DNA from: Isurus oxyrinchus
Lineage: Eukaryota
DNA length: 64,000 nt
Assembly (NCBI GenBank): GCA_026770705.1
Contig: JANJGN010000035.1
Location: 13,144,001 to 13,208,000 of the forward strand
Direction of reading: 5' to 3'
The position numbers were made by a program, and so were the translations under genes. How positions within the stretch are numbered: position 1 is the stretch's first letter; each line of letters opens with the position of its first letter. The notes under the pieces are model-generated. The model saw nothing but the letters and a program-made list of their open reading frames with translations. It was not told where the DNA came from and made no database searches. Below are positions 60,262 to 64,000 of the stretch, piece after piece.

Positions 60262-60830
60262 AGGAACAGGAGAAGGCCATTCAGCCCATCGAGCCTGCTC
60301 TGCCACTCAACACCACCATGGCTGATTGAAAACTTCAATGCCTTTTACCCACGCTATCCCCATAACCTTTTACATCATTATTAATAAGATGTATATGAAT
60401 CACTGCCTTAAACGTACTCAATGGCTGAGCTTCCATGGCTCTGTGGGGTAGGGGATCCCAAAGATTCACAACCCTCTGAGTAAAGAAATTTCTCCTCACC
60501 TCGGTCCTAAGTGACTTGCCCCTTTTTTTGAAATTTTGTTCGCTGGTTCTAGAGTCCCCAACTAGCAGAAACATCTTACCTGCATCTACCCTGTCGATTC
60601 CTTAAAGTATTTCGTAGGTTTCAATGAGGTCACCTCGAATTCTTCGAAAATCAGAGAATACAAGCCCAGTTTCCCCAATCTCTCTGCATAAGACTGTTGA
60701 ACATTCGATGCATTCCCTCTATGGCAACAATATCCTTCCTGAGTTAAGGGGACCAGCACTGTAAAAATACTTCAGGTGCTGTTTAACCAAGCTTCTATAC
60801 AATTGAAGCATGACTATGCTACCTTCTAGT
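60262..60830 (-). mobile_element. CR1 LINE 3' end
   Basis: ORF 60335-60574 RTEVRRNFFTQRVVNLWDPLP; 3' UTR GGCCATTCAGCCCATCGAGCCTGCTC. Confidence 0.9.
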
Positions 60831-60964
60831 ACACAGATATATAGGAAAACATCACATAGAATATATCGCACAGAAACAAACAATGCCATTCAGTGAACCC
60901 ATGCCTTTTTTCCAGCTCCACTCCACCAGCCTCTAAGCCTCCTCATCTAACCCTATCCGCATGA

Positions 60965-61250
60965 ACACTGGTTTCTTCGTGAGGCATATATCTAGCCAGG
61001 AAGGACAACGGCAGCAGATGCAATTTCCCCTCGAAGCCACTCACCATCCTGACTTGGAAATATATCGCGTCCCCTTCACTGCCAACGAGTCAAAATCAGG
61101 GAACTCCCTCTATAGCAGCAGTGTAGGTTTATTTAGTCCACATCGACTGCATCGGTCCAAGAAGACAGCTTACCTGCACCTTCTCAAGGGCAATTAGGAA
61201 TGCGTGATAAATCTTGATATGGATAGCAACGCACGCATCCCATGGACTAA
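60965..61250 (+). mobile_element. LINE 3'-terminal fragment
   Basis: CACCATCCTGACTTGGAAATATATCGC...CACCTTCTCAAGGGCAATTAGG; reverse-complement homologue at 62925-63200. Confidence 0.75.
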
Positions 61251-62359
61251 TAACTCATACAAAAACACATTTAATCTGTTTTGCCAAACTGTATTATTGT
61301 AGAGGAGGGTAAATAGTATGGAAAGGCACCACATTTGATAAGTTGTTATGTTTAAGCCCTTACAAGGTCAAGGAATATAGCTATTTCAGTTATTCGTCAT
61401 CAGAGACAAGCAACAAGATCAATGGAAATTTGGAAGGCGAAGTCATTGAGGCTGGAGGCGAGAAGCGACAAATTGTTAGCTTTTCAAGTGCAGCTAGTTG
61501 GACACGGCATGGGCTGAGAAGGTAAGTGGAACGGAGGCAAATTTGTGATGATACCTGGGTGTACATGGTCGCTCTGGGAGTAAAAGTAATGTAATTCCCT
61601 ATCACTGACACTCAGGGGCGTCGTGCTGCGAGATCCTGGACAACTCGATCGCCGAACCATGCCACGTTTAATCTGACTGTGCGAGTTCAGGCCCCTTGGC
61701 CATTACGTGAGACAATAGACATAGTGTTCAAATTATACCTATGCATTGCCATTAGAAAGCAAATCATGTTGTAAAATTAGCTGTGATCGGATACGTTACA
61801 GACGAATGAGTTTGCACGATGTGCAGGAAACAGCTGAGTGAACTGTTGCATATAAATAACGTGATTGTCTTGATTTAAAAGGATATGAAGCAACGGCAAT
61901 CAGTGTTAAAAGCATGAAGGTCTACTAGGGCTAAACATTCTCAAGCATGGGATTTTATACAGGAGCAGTTGCTGGTTGACTTGAAACATGGCACTTTGCA
62001 GACTGTACAGTTCTTTGGTCAGAAATTCAGTCGGCCTATTTCTCTCACCCGTCCACTCTCGCTGACCGCCGTGCGTCTTACCAGAAATAATCTCAGTTAA
62101 ACTTACTGCTTTCCCTGTCCTAGACAACATTTACCAAATATGATGCCCATAACTCCAGCGGAGGCCCTTGCAATTGAAAACGTCAAGGAGAAACTGGATA
62201 ATTACCCAAGGAATAAGGGATAGGCATGGGTTCAATGGTGGTCAGAGGCGATTCTCGTGAAGCAGAAACACTGGTAATAACCAGTTGTGCCGAATGGCCG
62301 TATCTATGCTGTACCTTCTATGTATCTTCACTTAGAAAGCAACCAGATGCTATAGGCCT

Positions 62360-62599
62360 CAAAATGGCTGATATATTGCTAGAAAAAAAAACTCAACAGG
62401 TCTGACAGCATCTGTGGAGAGAAAGACAGATTTCACGTTTCGAGTCCGAGTAACTTCTTCAGAGCCCATTGGAGTCATACGGAATCCAAACGCTAAATCT
62501 GTCTTTCTCTCCACAGATAATGTTAGACCTGTGGAGTTTTTCCAGCATTTTTTGATTTTGTTTCAGATTTCCAGCATCCGTAGTATTTTTGCATTATAC
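62360..62599 (+). mobile_element. Old fold-back Penelope-derived insertion
   Basis: Inverted arms centred ~62467, ending in the TTTCCAGCATCCGTAGTATTTT tail; minus-strand canonical CUGAAGA...GACUCGAAACG at ~62430-62465; possible TSD TAGGCCT (62353-62359 and 62602-62608). Confidence 0.8.
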
Positions 62600-62924
62600 T
62601 TTAGGCCTTTTGGCTTTAGTTCCCACTTAAATAGTTCTCTATCTCCCGATATCATCCTCAATCTATTAGAGCCATCATGCTCGCAAGCTGAAATATTCGA
62701 TTACCCTAGCTCACATGCAGACAGACTGACAAACATAAACACACTCACACAGACGAAGACGCTCACATTTCCCAAACTAAGACACTAACATACTTACTCT
62801 CTCCCTCTCCCTAGCCCTCATGCAGAAACATGCTGACAAACGCCTTCGCACACGCTGTAAAGGCCCGTGAGTCTTTTGCAGAGGCTCACTTAGTTCGGAG
62901 TCATAATCTGAATTTTTACAATAA

Positions 62925-63390
62925 ACATTAATTCATGGGATGTGGGCTTCGCTGGCTGGGGCAGCATTTATTGCCCATCCCTAGTTCCCCTTTTGAAGGT
63001 GGCGGTGAGCTTCCTTCTTCAACCACTGCAGTCCATGTGGTGTAGCTACACCCACAGTGCTGTTAGGAAGGGAATTCCAGGAATTTGTCCCAGTGACAGT
63101 GAAGGAATGGCCGATATATTTCCAAGTCAGGATGGTGAGTGGCTTGGAGGGGAATCTCCAGGTGCTGGTGTTCCCATTTATCTGCTGCCCTTGTCCTTCA
63201 AGATGGTCGTGGTTGTGGGTTGGGAATGTTTTGTCGAACGAGCCTTGTTGAATTCCTGCAGTGCATCTTTTAGATGGTACACACTGCTGCTATTGTGGGT
63301 CAGTGGTGGAGGGAGTGAATGCTTGTGAATGGGGTGCCAATCAAGCGGAGTGCTTTGCCCTGGACAGTGTCAAGCTTCTTGAGTGTTGCA
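62925..63390 (-). mobile_element. LINE 3'-terminal fragment
   Basis: Begins with the reverse complement of the shared tail (ATTCATGGGATGTGGGCTTCGCTGGCTGGGGCAGCATTTATTGCCCATCCCTAG); encodes KKLDTVQGKALRLIG on the minus strand. Confidence 0.85.
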
Positions 63391-63409
63391 AGCAAGTGGG
63401 GAGGATAGG

Positions 63410-63880
63410 ATTTGATTGCAGGAGTAGCGAATCACAGGGGCTTGGTTAAACCACATTTGCAGTATTGTTTGCAGAATTGGTCCTCTTTCCTTAGGAAGGA
63501 TACAATTTATACAAAGGGAGTATATGGAAGGTTCCCCAAACTTGTTCACAGAACAGCGGGACTGTCCAATGAGGGGAGATTGGGAAAACTGCATCTGTGT
63601 TATCTAACGTTTCGATGAATGAGAAGCAATCTCATTGAATCCTACAAAATACATAAAGGGATAGACAGGGCTGATGCAGGTTAGATGTTTTCCCTGGTTT
63701 GGGGAGTCTAGAACCAGGGGACCCAATATCAAAATACCACTTAGGACCGAGATGAAGTGATCTGATTTTACTTAGGCGGTCGCGAATTTTTGGAATTCTG
63801 GAATTCTGGAAGCTCAGCGAGTGAGTCTGTTTAAAGTGGAGGTCGACAGACCTCGAAATAGCAGTGAGATTCGAATTTGC
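63410..63880 (+). mobile_element. CR1 LINE 3' fragment
   Basis: ORF 63412-63618 LVKPHLQYCLQNWSSFLRKD...GLSNEGRLGKL. Confidence 0.8.
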
Positions 63881-64000
63881 CATCCATCGCATTGCTGCCA
63901 AACAATCTCTCCCATACTCACCAGCGCAGTCGCCTGCCATTGGAGTAAAGTGGAAGGATCTGCAGATGGCCCATTTGGTCTACTTAACGAACTCGGCTTC

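Overview
Eukaryotic, gene-poor DNA, most likely from a cartilaginous fish (shark); this is inferred from recalled elasmobranch-type CR1 LINE, tRNA-SINE, Deu-domain SINE and Penelope-like families, not from a search. Bases ~1-50,780 are one very AT-rich, heavily decayed tandem array of a 36-bp unit (consensus read by eye: ATTGGACTGAACAATAATTAGATATTTACTGTGATT, roughly 1,200 copies). Each unit contains a dyad (ATTATTG-7 nt-CAATAAT). The array switches strand about a dozen times and is built from multi-kb higher-order copies plus a ~3.5-kb inverted duplication. Inserted into it are a young Penelope-like retroelement (RT + GIY-YIG, intact 714-aa frame, 14-bp target duplication), short fold-back or solo derivatives carrying minimal hammerhead-ribozyme motifs with a non-canonical core, a MITE, and CR1/SINE fragments. 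Bases ~51-64 kb are ordinary repeat-rich sequence: CR1 and SINE debris, another fold-back derivative, a 54-bp minisatellite, poly-G tracts, an AAT microsatellite and two weak exon/pseudo-exon candidates. No host protein-coding gene could be confidently identified. Most short ORFs in the track are artefacts of the 36-bp (12-codon) periodicity or of LINE remnants. All coordinates and identities were read by eye and are approximate.
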